Positions 53,671-64,000 of a stretch of 64,000 nucleotides of DNA are shown here, one piece after another. The stretch covers positions 214,288,107-214,352,106 of the forward strand of contig NC_085844.1 in assembly GCF_035594765.1 (NCBI RefSeq), read 5' to 3'. The translations under genes and the position numbers were made by a program. The DNA comes from Anolis carolinensis (Eukaryota). Every line of letters begins with the position of its first letter. Position 1 is the first letter of the stretch. A model generated the notes under the pieces. That model saw only the letters and a program-made list of their open reading frames with translations. It did no database searches and was not told the DNA's origin.

Positions 53671-54805
53671 TTGTTGCAAGCTTCAGAACAGTTTCCTGGA
53701 TGGGTGAAGAGACTACACAGTGTCAGTACAGAACACAAGACATGTACCTCGATACAAAAAATGGTGGCTTAAATTTTTAATATTGAAAGAACCTAAAGTA
53801 TCAGAAATAATTTAAAATGTTGGCTCTTTAGTGATTTCTTATTCTACTAATAAACAATGTACTTAACCTAATCTGATATCAAGTTAAAGTTGAAATCTAT
53901 CACTTAAGGAGGAAATAAATAAATTTAATTTAGTTATCTGTTTTATTAGAATATTTCCAAAATATATGAAAAAAGATTCCACCTAAACAATAGGAAGAAC
54001 TTTCTGACAGTAAGAGCTGTTTGACAGTGGAGTATGTTGCTTGTGTGATGGGCAAAGACTGTATACAAATACGGATTGTCCCCACTTGTATAATAGGTTA
54101 GCGACTGGAGCACAGTGAGAAAGTGGAATCAGTTGAAAAGTGAAACCCAAGATTTTAATCTTGCAATTGCATTTTGACTGCTGAAATGTGTAAAGAACAC
54201 ATTCTATATAAGTTTTGAACATGTGAAAAAGTACACATTAAAAACTAATTCAGGAAGGAGTCCTTTCTTGTGACTATGTACATGTGAGCAAGCAGTCCTA
54301 AGTAAATCTAGCAGGCAAGAAGAACCAACAAAAGAGCGGACCGCTTGTCACATTAATGGAACTTGTCTGTAATCTGGAAGCACTGAATGAGCAAGTTGTC
54401 AGAACGCAAGTAGTGGGGGAAGTCTGTAGTTGATAGTATAACTTCTTTTACCAAGTTAGTTCCTACTTCTGGGTACTACCATATGGGAGAATGAGTCAGC
54501 CAGCATGGAAACAGGAACTAGAGACAAAATGGACAAATTGGGTGTGCCATGCTGCTATCCCACTCTCAGTGCTGAAGACTGACTGAACTGACAGTCAAGT
54601 TGGGTTTTAGAGCAAACAGAGGAAGTCACTTTCTCTTTTGCTTCAGGCAATAAAATTATTTGGGTTGGGCCTGTTAATGTGTAGAAAATGTTTGTATGCC
54701 CACTGCTAAAACACTAAAGGCTGTCAAATACTGGTATAGTCGGTGGGGGCAGGTTGAAGAAGCTGGAAAAACTGCCTTTACTGAAAAAGCTATGATATGT
54801 ACATA

Positions 54806-55154
54806 CAGTGCTCCCTCGCTAATCCGCGGTTCGGGTTCTGTGGATTCGCTGTATAGCGGATTTTTCCATCCGGCCCGCCCTCCCTTTGCAGGCACAAAAG
54901 GGCCCAGTTTGAGTCACATGACCCGGCCCGCACTTCCTCCTCAACTGCCTGCAGGCAGCGCCAGTAGGCCCTGCCTGCACCTCATCGCCCCAGGAACAAC
55001 AAGGAAGACAGAACAGTATGTTTGAAGAGGAAAAGAGGGAGGGATGGAGGGAGGGAGGCTGTATTTATTTAAATATAGTGCCGCTATATCGCGGTTTTCC
55101 ACTTTTCGCGGGCAGGCCTGGAACCTAACCCCCGCAAAAAGTGAGGGGACACTG
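54806..55154. mobile_element. Tigger-like MITE
   Basis: TA|CAGTGCTCCCTCGC...GTGAGGGGACACTG|TA. Confidence 0.75.
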
Positions 55155-55676
55155 TATCAGCATTTTATGGTAAAGGGCATTATGACGATGGACATTAAAC
55201 AAGTAAATAATCATGCAGGCATTGGGGGGAGGGTTCCAAATCATAACATATGCGGCATCTAATTGTGCCTTTTTGTAAGCTGCTCTGAGTCCCCTTCAGG
55301 GTGAGAAGGGTGGGGTATAAATACATTAATAAATAGATAAATAAATAAATAACAGAGAGATTTAAATAGATCTGCATAAATGAGTATAGTGTATAAAATG
55401 AGTGTGTATGATTAAAGCTAGCATTTTATACAATGTTTATATCCTTTTTTTTCCTTCTATACTTGGAGTGCTTACACCTATAGAATCACAGAATCATAGA
55501 GTTGGAAGAGACCGCATGAGCCACATGTAGTCCAACCCCCTGCTATGTAGGAAAAGCACAATCAAAGCACCCCCAACAGATGGCCATTCAACATTTGTAA
55601 ACCACTGCCTCTCAATTTCAATTTCCAATCTCCAGGGTTAATATAACAGCTCCACAAGATAGTTTAGCATTTAGAG

Positions 55677-56763
55677 CAGGGGTCCTCAAACTTTTGAAGT
55701 GGAGGGCCGATTCATGGTCCCTCAGATTGCTGAGGGGCCGAATTATCATTTGGAAAAAAAAAAGAACAAATTCCTATGCTCACAGCACATGTCTTATTTA
55801 TAGAGCAAAAAAAACCCCCAACATTTATTTATTTACAGTATTTACTACATTTCTACCCCACCCTCTCTCATCCCGAAGGGGACTCAGAGCAGCTTACAAG
55901 TTGTATGTACATACAATATATATTATTAGCATAGCACAATATTAGCATTATATATTACTATATTGTACTGTACCATTATAACATATTATTAGTAACATTA
56001 CATTTAATATATAATATATAATTAATTTTTTTTGTGTGTCAGGAGCAACCGGAGTTGCTTCTGGAGTGAGAGAATTGGCCGTCTGCAAGGACGTTGCCCA
56101 GGGGACACCCGGATGTTTTGATGTTATTACCATCCTTGTGGGAGGCTTCTCTCATGTCCCCGCATGGAGCTGGAGCTGATAAAGGGAGCTCATCCACACT
56201 CTCCCCGGGTGGGATTCGAACCTGGCAGCTTTCAGGTCAGCAACCCAACCTTCAAGTCACTTAGTCCACTACGCCATCTGGGGGCTCCATATAATTAATA
56301 TTGTTATATTATACAATATTATTATATTGTATTATTATTAGCCGCCCTGAGTCCCCTATTGGGTGAGAAAGGTGGGGTAGAAATACTGTAATAAATAAAT
56401 AAATATTATATTGTATTACATTATAATATTATTATCAATATTATATGTATACGCAATATATTATATTGATACCATATCATTCGTTTACAATATTTCATTT
56501 ACAATATTAGTAAATGAAAGAACAATACAATATTTAAAATTAAAAATAATTTTAACCAACATACTGTAAACTTATCAGGATTTCAGTGGGAAGTGTAAGC
56601 CTGCTTCTGACCAATGAGATAATCAAGTAGGATTGTTGTTGTTGTGTGCCTTCAAGTCATTTCAGACTTTGGGCAAGCCTAAGTCTAAAACTGAGGGCGG
56701 GGGCCAGGTCAATGGCCTTGGAGGGCCGCATCCGGCCCCCGGGCCTTAGTTTGGGGACCCCTG
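55677..56763. mobile_element. hAT (Charlie/OC1-like) non-autonomous DNA transposon with nested SINE and L2 tails
   Basis: TIRs CAGGGGTCCTCAAACT and AGTTTGGGGACCCCTG; perfect 8-bp TSD ATTTAGAG. Confidence 0.9.
56027..56288 (-). mobile_element. tRNA-derived SINE with poly(A) tail nested in the hAT element
   Basis: Minus-strand head GGAGCCCCCAGATGGCGTAGTGG, B box GGTTCGAATCCC, TSD ATATAATTAAT. Confidence 0.8.
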
Positions 56764-57284
56764 ATTTAGAGGAATGTCCAATTGAAACATTTTGCAGAGC
56801 TCTTTGCAAAAACTGCACAGAAAGCAAAGGAGCCACTGGAGTGAAGAAGCTAGATTGCAACAAATCAAATCAAAATCTACAAAATCATAATTTATATTCC
56901 ATGATTTGTCTGTTATGATTTACATGACATAATAATATATCCATCTTAATTAGATGCTCAGGAAAAAATAAGTTCAGTTTTATGAAGGGCAGTCAGGGTT
57001 CTCCCGCTGCCTGATGTGGGAGCAAATGAGCTATGACTGTCATTGCCAGCTTTTCTCCAGTCATCTTGTCTCCTCTTGCAGTGCCCATGCTATCACCTCA
57101 CTGTTGTTTAACTTACTTTAGCCTGCTCTTGCTCCTTGTTTTGCAACAACAGCACCACCACCTGTCTGAAGAAAGATAAGGAAGCTAGAAAAAAGGTGTA
57201 ACTAGAAGAAGGGGGATGTATCTCGAAGTGGTAAAAGAAGGCAGGTTTGGCAGCACAAAGACATGGAATAGGAAAGAAGGATAA

Positions 57285-58402
57285 CTCATGTCTGAGTAGG
57301 ATGGCCTTCCAAGCATAGGGTCTTGGCAGTGTCTGTGGAGACCTATTCTTGACGCGCATGTTCTTCCACAGTGAGTACATTGGTTTCCAGATAGAAGGCA
57401 GTCCCGGTCAGGGTTGGCTTGATCGCCTTCCTCTTGACGCATTTTTCCCTTTTGCCTTCCATTTGTGTCTCTTCAAATTCTACAGCACTGTTGATAACAG
57501 CTGACTTCTAGTTAGAATGCTCAAGGGCCAGGGCTACCCAGTTTTCACTGTCTATGCCACAGTTTTTAAGGTTAGCTTTAAGCCCATCTTTAAATATCTT
57601 TTCCCATCACCAAAGTCTGGCAAATCCTCTGTTTCCTGAGGGCCACAGACAGTAGAAGCACATAAAATATCTCAAACAACACCATTCTGAAAACAAGGGA
57701 ATTCCAGACAGGAAACAATCCAGGCCAGCTAACACCTCCCAACAAAAAATTCACTCAGGGAGGAAACAGCCAGGCTTTAAAGCTGCAAGGCCATTACATG
57801 CTAATCATTTGCCCTAATTGCACCATTCATACTTGCCTCCAACAGACAAAAAAAAATCAGAAATATTGTATATTCACAACCTTTAGGAAATAATATCCCC
57901 TGATGGCGCAGCGTGTTAAAGTGCTGAGCTGCTGAACTTCTGGACCGAAACGCCGCAGGTTTGAATTGGGGAAGCGGAGAGAGTCCCCACTGTTAGCCCC
58001 AGCTTCTGCCAACCCAGAAGTTCAAAAACATGCAAATGAGAGTAGATGAATAGGTACTGCTCTGGCGGGAAGGTAACGGTGCTCCATGCAGTCATGCCGG
58101 CCACATGACCTTGGAGGAGTCTACGGACAATGCTGGCTCTTCGGCTTAGAAATGGAGATGAGCACCAACTCCCAGAGTGAGACATGACTGGACTTAATGT
58201 CAGGGGAAAACCTTTACCCTTTACCTTAACTACCACCAATTCCTCAATACTTTATTTCCCATACCACCATACTTCACCACAGCAACGCATGGCCGGGCAC
58301 AGCTAGTAGATTTATAAACAAGCATCTTGGTCTCCCTACGAATGTCCTGATCCTCAAACACTCTCTGCTTCATTCGGAGTAATGTTGCACTCGCAGAGAT
58401 CG
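57285..58402 (-). mobile_element. RTE-BovB 3' fragments (57285-57611 and 58307-58402) interrupted by a Helitron
   Basis: Reverse complement matches the BovB at 61730-62400 (NQCTHCGRTC; MKQRVFEDQDIRRETKMLVYK). Confidence 0.85.
57612..58306 (+). mobile_element. 5'-truncated Helitron containing a Sauria SINE (57897-58227)
   Basis: Ends CCACAGCAACGCATGGCCGGGCACAGCTAG|T. 57680-57840 is related to the reverse complement of ~24100-24260. Confidence 0.75.
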
Positions 58403-58669
58403 TGTGGAAGCAAGTATGGGAGGAATGGCAAGCGAACATAAGAGTTAAAGTGGGAGGGGGAAAGTGCAAAATATCTCGTAAGGTGATGGAATGTAGAAGA
58501 AAAGGAAGATTTGTGACACAGGGTGAGATGAGGGAAACTGGGAGATGCAACCAGCAGGGAACAAGGGGCCAGGCACATTTTGAAGAGGAGAGGAGAGAGG
58601 AGAGACGAAAATGGGAAGAGGGTGAGAGCTGCATGGAAGGGTAAGAAACAAGAAGAATTGAATCAATCG

Positions 58670-59210
58670 AATAATAGAATTGGAAGACTGCAGCGACTAT
58701 CCAGTCTGACCCTAATCTGCTATGCAGGAAAATACGATCAAAGCATGCCCAACAGATGGCCATCCAATTTCTGTTTAAAAATCTCCAGAGAAGGAGATTC
58801 CACCACACTCTGAGGCAGAGAGTTCCACTGCTGAACAGTTCTTACAGTCAGGAAGTTCTTCCTAATGTTTGGGTGGAATCTTTTTCCCTGCAATTTGAAT
58901 CCATTGCTCTGTGTCTTAATTGTCAGGGTAGCAGAAAACAAGTCTGCCCTCTTCTCAATGTGATATCCTTTCAAATATTTAAACATGGCTATAATGTCCC
59001 CTCTCTGCCTTCTCTTCTCCAAGTGAAACATACCCAGCTTCATTAACCACTCCTCAGAGCTTGGTTTCCAAACCTTTGATTATTTTAATTGCTCTTCTCT
59101 GGACATGTTCCAGCTTGTCAATATCCTTCTTCAATTGTTCTGACCAAAACAGAATAGAGTGGGATTACTTCCTTCAAGCTAGACATTATAATCCTATTGA
59201 TGCAGCCTAG
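58670..59210 (-). mobile_element. Older CR1 3' fragment
   Basis: ORF 58738..59043 (LEKRRQRGDIIAMFKYLKG...FLTVRTVQQWNSLP). Confidence 0.85.
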
Positions 59211-60020
59211 ATACACATTGAGAAGTACAGGGCACAAGGTAAAGCAAAATGCGAGGAAAAGAGGTGTGGACTGTACATCTTTACATTCCTCTGTATTTTC
59301 TCCCCTGAATCAGATGGCAATTAAATTCAGGGATGTCTGTTTGTTTTTTCTTGATCTTTATTTTTGGCCACCAATTAAAAAATGATGGCAAACTACTATA
59401 AAGATCTGATGAACATAACATCAGAAGTGCCTCTGCACAACAAATTGTTATTATAATTGCCATTCTAAAAGAAAGTGTACAGCCACTTCAAATGGTTTCT
59501 GTCTTGTTAATCCCAACCACTACCTGCCAATTAGATTTGCTGAGAGGCAGTGATGGCCCAATGTCATACGGTAAATTACATGACAAAGCAAGAATTTGGA
59601 CACAGTCCATTTCAATTCCAGTACTTTAAACACTTTCTCTTCTGCAAAGTAGTTATTTAAAAGGGCATCATGGTAGGATAAATGCAACAGCTAATGGATT
59701 AAATTTGCATAATTACAATGCAAATTAATAACATGTGTAATGATGACTTGCGTAACATGCAACCTGAATGCTCTGATCTGAGAGAGTGGAAAATGGCAAC
59801 CTTAAGCAGGATTTTTCCTGATTTCTTAACTCCGCTGACTGCAGTCCTCCTGCTGATAAATGCCAGCTTAATAAGTGTTGCTGCCTGAGGCATAACAAGA
59901 ATCATAGAATAATAGAGTTGGAAGAGACCTCATGGGCCACGCAGTCCAACCCCCTGCCAAGAAGCAGGAAAAAAGTATTTCCACAAAGCCAGGGTGCATA
60001 GTAATCAAATCCCACTAAAC

Positions 60021-60154
60021 CAGGCATGGGCAAACTTGGACCTTCCAGGTGTTTTGGACTACAACTCCCACAATTCCTAACAGCCTACCAGCTGTTAGAA
60101 ATAGTGGGAGTTGAAGTCCAAAACACCTGGAGGGCTGAAGTTTGCCCATGTCTA
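60021..60154. mobile_element. hAT MITE
   Basis: CAGGCATGGGCAAACTT...AAGTTTGCCCATGTCTA with 8-bp TSD CACTAAAC. Confidence 0.88.
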
Positions 60155-60294
60155 CACTAAACCCTTCTGATAGCCAAGGCTGAAAATTCCACATATTCAG
60201 CCTGTCTGTATGAGTAAAAATACAGTAATATATTAACATCTTGGTGCATTCTCAAGACACCCCAAAACTACTGTCTCAGCCACTGTGCCTAATA

Positions 60295-60788
60295 GAAGAT
60301 ATCTTTAATGGGTTTACCTGTCTGAACACATCTCCCTCTATGAACCACCGCGGAGATAAGATCTTCCAGGGAGGCCCTGCTCTCGGTCCCACCACTGTCA
60401 CAGGCGCGATTGGCAGGGATGAGAGACAGGGCCTTCTCAGTGATTGTCCCCCGGCTATGGAAATCCCTCCCTGGGGAGATTAGATCAGCCCCCTCCCTCC
60501 TGTCCTTCAGAAAGATGATCAAGACCTGGCTGTGGGATCAAGCCTATGGGGCAGAGCAGTAACGGCAGCAGTAGTTAGTAGTATCCTGCTGACTGGATAC
60601 AGTGCAGCTGTCTTGTGATGGTTTAAAATAATGGTTTTAATGTGAAGATAACTGATTTTAGTGTTTATGTATATTTATGGTTTATTGTATGCTCCGGCAC
60701 TGAATGTTTGCTGTACATATGTTGTGCTCCGCCCTGAGTCCTCTTCGGGGTGAGAAGGGCGGAATATACATGTTTTAAATAAATAAAT
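60295..60788 (+). mobile_element. L2-type LINE 3' fragment
   Basis: GACAGGGCCTTCTCAGTG...TGGAAATCCCTCCC RT C-terminal motif, and a CCGCCCTGAGTCC...(TAAA)n tail. Confidence 0.75.
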
Positions 60789-60899
60789 ATCTTTTGCATA
60801 CAAGTATGTGTTTTCAGTTTCTGTTATCGCTTATCTAAAGAGCCAGGGAGGTATACTGATTTGAATATTATACTAGGGCATTGGGAGACCAGGCTCCCC

Positions 60900-62425
60900 C
60901 TCGTGGTATTTCGCTTCTAACCTCCACTGGGAAAATCCTTGCAAGAATCCTTGCAAACCACTTTCTTCCTGTCTCAGAAGACACCCTCCCAGAATGGCTT
61001 CCACCCCTGCAGAGGAACAGTGGACATGACCTTCACTGCACGACAGCTCCAAGAAAAATGCAGGGAACAAAATCAACCTCTGTACATAGCATTCATTGAC
61101 CTTGCAAAGGCATTTGACACAGTGAATCGCAGCGCTCTCTGGACCATACTCCAAAAAATCGGGTGCCCTGACAAATTTGTGAACATCCTGCGGCTCCTCC
61201 ATGATGACATGATGGCAACAGTCTTGGACAGCAACGGCTCCCAAAGTGACCCATTTAAGGTGGAATCAGGTGTCAAGCAGGGATGTGTCATTGCCCCTAC
61301 CTTGTTTTCTATCTTCATCGCTATGATACTTCACTTTGTTGAAGGGAAGCTTCCCACCGGAGTGGAAATTATCTATCGGACAGATGGCAAGCTATTTAAC
61401 CTCAGCAGACTGAAAGCCAAAACCAAGGTCACCACAACATCTATTATAGAACTCCAATATGCCGATGACAATGTAGTCTGTGCGCATTCAGAAGAACACC
61501 TACAAGCCACTCTAAGCACCTCTGCAGAAGCATACGAGAAGCTCAGCCTCTCATTGAACATCGAGAAAACCAAAGTGCTCTTCCAATAGGCACCAGCTAA
61601 TTCCTCTTCAATGCCAGGAATACAGCTTAATGGTGTAACATTAGAAAAGGTTGACCATTTCCGCTACCTTGGCACCAACCTCTTCACAAGAGTCAACATT
61701 GACACTGAAATACAACACCGCTTGAGCTCTGCGAGTGCAGAATTTTTCCGAATGAAGCAGAGAGTGTTTGATGATTGGGACATCCGTAGAGATACCAAGG
61801 TGCTCGTTTATAAAGCCATTGTCCTCCCAACCCTGCTCTATGCCTGTGAAACGTGGATGGTCTACAGACATCACACGCAACTCCTGGAGCATTTCCATCA
61901 GCGCTGCTTGGGAAGACAGGCGGACAAATGCCAGCAGGCTGGAAGAAGCAAAGACCACCAGCATTGAAGTGATGCTCCTACGCCATCAACTTTGCTGGAC
62001 TGGCCATGTTGTCCAAATGCCCGATCACCATCTCCCAAAGCAGTTACTCTACTCCCAACTCAAGAACAGAAAACGGAATGTTGGTGGGCAGGAAAAGAGA
62101 TTTAAAGATGGGCTTAAAGCCAACCTTAAAAACTGTGGCATAGATACTGAGAACTGGGAAACCCTGACCCTTGAGCGCTCTAATTGGAGGTCAGCTGTGA
62201 CCAGCAGTGCTGCAAAGTTCGAAGAGGCACGAATGGAGGGCTTAAGGGAGAAACTTGCCAAGAGGAAGGAGCGTCATGCCAACCCTGACTGGGACCGCCT
62301 TCCACCTGGAAACCGATGTCCTCACTGTGGGAGAACATGCAGATCAAGAATAGGTCTTTTCAGCCACCTACGGACACCCCCCCCCCCCAAGACACCAGAA
62401 ACGAAGGACCATCATCCTCGGCCTA
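60900..62425 (+). mobile_element. RTE-BovB LINE, 5'-truncated, disrupted RT
   Basis: ORF 60939..61589 has AFIDLAKAFDTV, GVKQGCVIAPTLF and YADD; C-terminal CPHCGRTC..GLFSHLRT zinc knuckle; stops and frameshifts. Confidence 0.92.
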
Positions 62426-62510
62426 AGTAAAGTATAGGGCTGTGTGGAAGGGCCTTTAGTCACACAATAAGAAGCCACAATCCCTGAATGTTTTGCAGTA
62501 TTTAGTACAC

Positions 62511-62637
62511 CAGGCATGGGCAAACTTGGGCCCCTTAAACGGCTGAGGGGGGAAAGGAAGGGGCCTGAGGCTGTTAGGAATGGTGGGAGTTGAAATCCAA
62601 AACACCTGGAGGGAGGGCCCAAGTTTGCCCAGGCCTG
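62511..62637. mobile_element. hAT MITE
   Basis: CAGGCATGGGCAAACTT...AAGTTTGCCCAGGCCTG with TSD T(A/G)GTACAC. Confidence 0.85.
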
Positions 62638-62706
62638 TGGTACACTGTGCTTTGTGCAATATAAAAAAATACTTTGCTTCCAGTCACTCCTTAAAACTAC
62701 TACACA

Positions 62707-62848
62707 GGGCCCTTCCACCCAGCCATATCACCCAGAATATCTAGGCAGAAAATCCCACAGTATCTGCTTTAAAGTGGGTCATCTTAGTCCACACTGCCAT
62801 ATATTCCAGTTCAATATGGCATTTTATTCAGCTGTGTGGAAGGGGCCA
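62707..62848. mobile_element. Short palindromic MITE (Harbinger-like termini)
   Basis: GGGCCCTTCCAC...GTGTGGAAGGGGCC; related sequence occurs inside the Helitron at 24376-24590. Confidence 0.55.
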
Positions 62849-62899
62849 CACAGTGACCGCCCAGAAGGAGGCCCCAACTCCCTCTGTGTGCCTCAGCGA

Positions 62900-63550
62900 G
62901 AACAGAAGCTGTGTGAGGCGACTGACGTCTGGCTGCCTTCTGCGGCCAACCGTCGTCCCGTTGACGCCACGCCCCTCGCCTTAGCCACGCCCCCTGGAGG
63001 ACCCTCCTTCCTTTCTCGGCAGGCAGGCGAGCTGGGGGCACCGCAGCAGCCGTGGCAGCCATTTTGTGGCGCTGCTCACAGCGGAGCGCGCGCGCGGAGG
63101 AGGAGGAGGAGGTTCCGCTCCCTCTCTCGCGCCTTTTCCCGCGTGAGACCCCCGGTAAGAACATGGCGCTCCTTCTTCTTCTACGAAGTCGTTTTCAGGG
63201 AGGAAAGCAGGGGGAAGAGGGAGGGAAGGGGACAGAAAGCGTTGCTCCCGCTGCGGCCCTCACAAAGGCGGAGAGGGGCGGGGACCAGTCGTGGGTCGTT
63301 ACTGTGGGAGTCCCGGGGTCTGGGTTACTGTACCGCAAGGGAGCCTCCCTCACGGTCTTATCCTCGGCGGGAGGGAGGGAGGGAGCGAGGGAGGCTAGCG
63401 GGCCCGCAGGCGCCTCACGCCGGGCGGGATGTGGGCGTAGGGCTTGGCGGCCTGTTCTCATGCGAGAGGCCGCTTCCTTTCCTCGCCACGCGTCCCGCCC
63501 TCTTTCCCTTTCCAAAGGGGAACGGCAGCAGCTGCGCGTTTCTTGTGCCT
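62900..63550 (+). promoter_or_regulatory. CpG island promoter with a probable non-coding first exon ending at 63154
   Basis: Dense CpG; CRE-like TGACGTC at ~62923; GC boxes CCACGCCCC (two); YY1-type GCCATTTTG at ~63058; (GGA)n; strong donor CG|GTAAGA at 63155. Confidence 0.7.
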
Positions 63551-63617
63551 TCTCAGGGATGCTGGCTTTCTAGGATATCAGTAACGTGACCTTGATCTTG
63601 ACCAGCGGCACTTCTGC

Positions 63618-64000
63618 ACTAACCCCACACATTAACCCCTTTCAGAACCTTTATCACGACCGACCGGTGTAAGTTCTTTATTAACCCCACACATTAACCC
63701 CATTCAAAACCTTTGTTATGACCGGTGTGGGTTCTGTGTTAATCTTACGCATTAACCCCTTTCAAACCTTTATTATGACCAATATGGGTTCTGTATTAAC
63801 CCCACACATTAACCCCTTTCTAAACCATTGTTATGACTGGTGTGAGTTCTATATTAATCCTACACATTAAATAATTTCAGAAACTTTATTATGACCAGTG
63901 TGGGTTTTGTATTAACCCCACACATCAGCCCCTTTCTAAACCTTTATTGTGACTAGTGTAGGTTCATTATTAACTCCACGCATTTACCCCTTTCAGAGCC
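63618..64000. repeat. ~59-bp minisatellite, at least 6 units, running off the window
   Basis: Repeated ATTAACCCCACACATTAACCCCTTTCAGAACCTTTATTATGACCGGTGTGGGTTCTGT-like units. Confidence 0.9.

Noticed and set aside
62654-63589. 311-aa and 173-aa ORFs over the CpG island
   Set aside because: Stop-poor GC-rich sequence, non-ATG starts, beginning in MITE sequence, with no recognisable domain.

Overview
Vertebrate (squamate, most likely Anolis lizard) genomic DNA, judged from its Sauria SINEs, CR1, RTE-BovB, L2 tails, Helitrons and hAT/Tc1 MITEs. One protein-coding gene dominates: a + strand ARHGAP39-like (Vilse) gene with two WW domains, a MyTH4 domain and a RhoGAP domain. I traced nine coding exons from 6442 to the stop at 43685. 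All have GT-AG junctions with compatible phases, giving about 1,028 codons; I did not find the first coding exon. A long, repeat-poor putative 3' UTR follows, and a CpG-island promoter with the first exon of an unidentified next gene lies near 63 kb. The introns hold the most unusual content: (1) a non-autonomous Helitron that captured the promoter, first exon (RING domain) and splice donor of a ZNF598-like gene, next to a 74-bp-arm inverted duplication; (2) a 5.8-kb DIRS-type element with essentially perfect inverted termini and internal complementary region but eroded RT/RNaseH/YR coding sequence, carrying a heavily mutated passenger SINE and inserted in a solo LTR with a 5-bp TSD; (3) a Penelope-like end with a minimal hammerhead ribozyme. 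Family names come from recalled motifs, not database searches.
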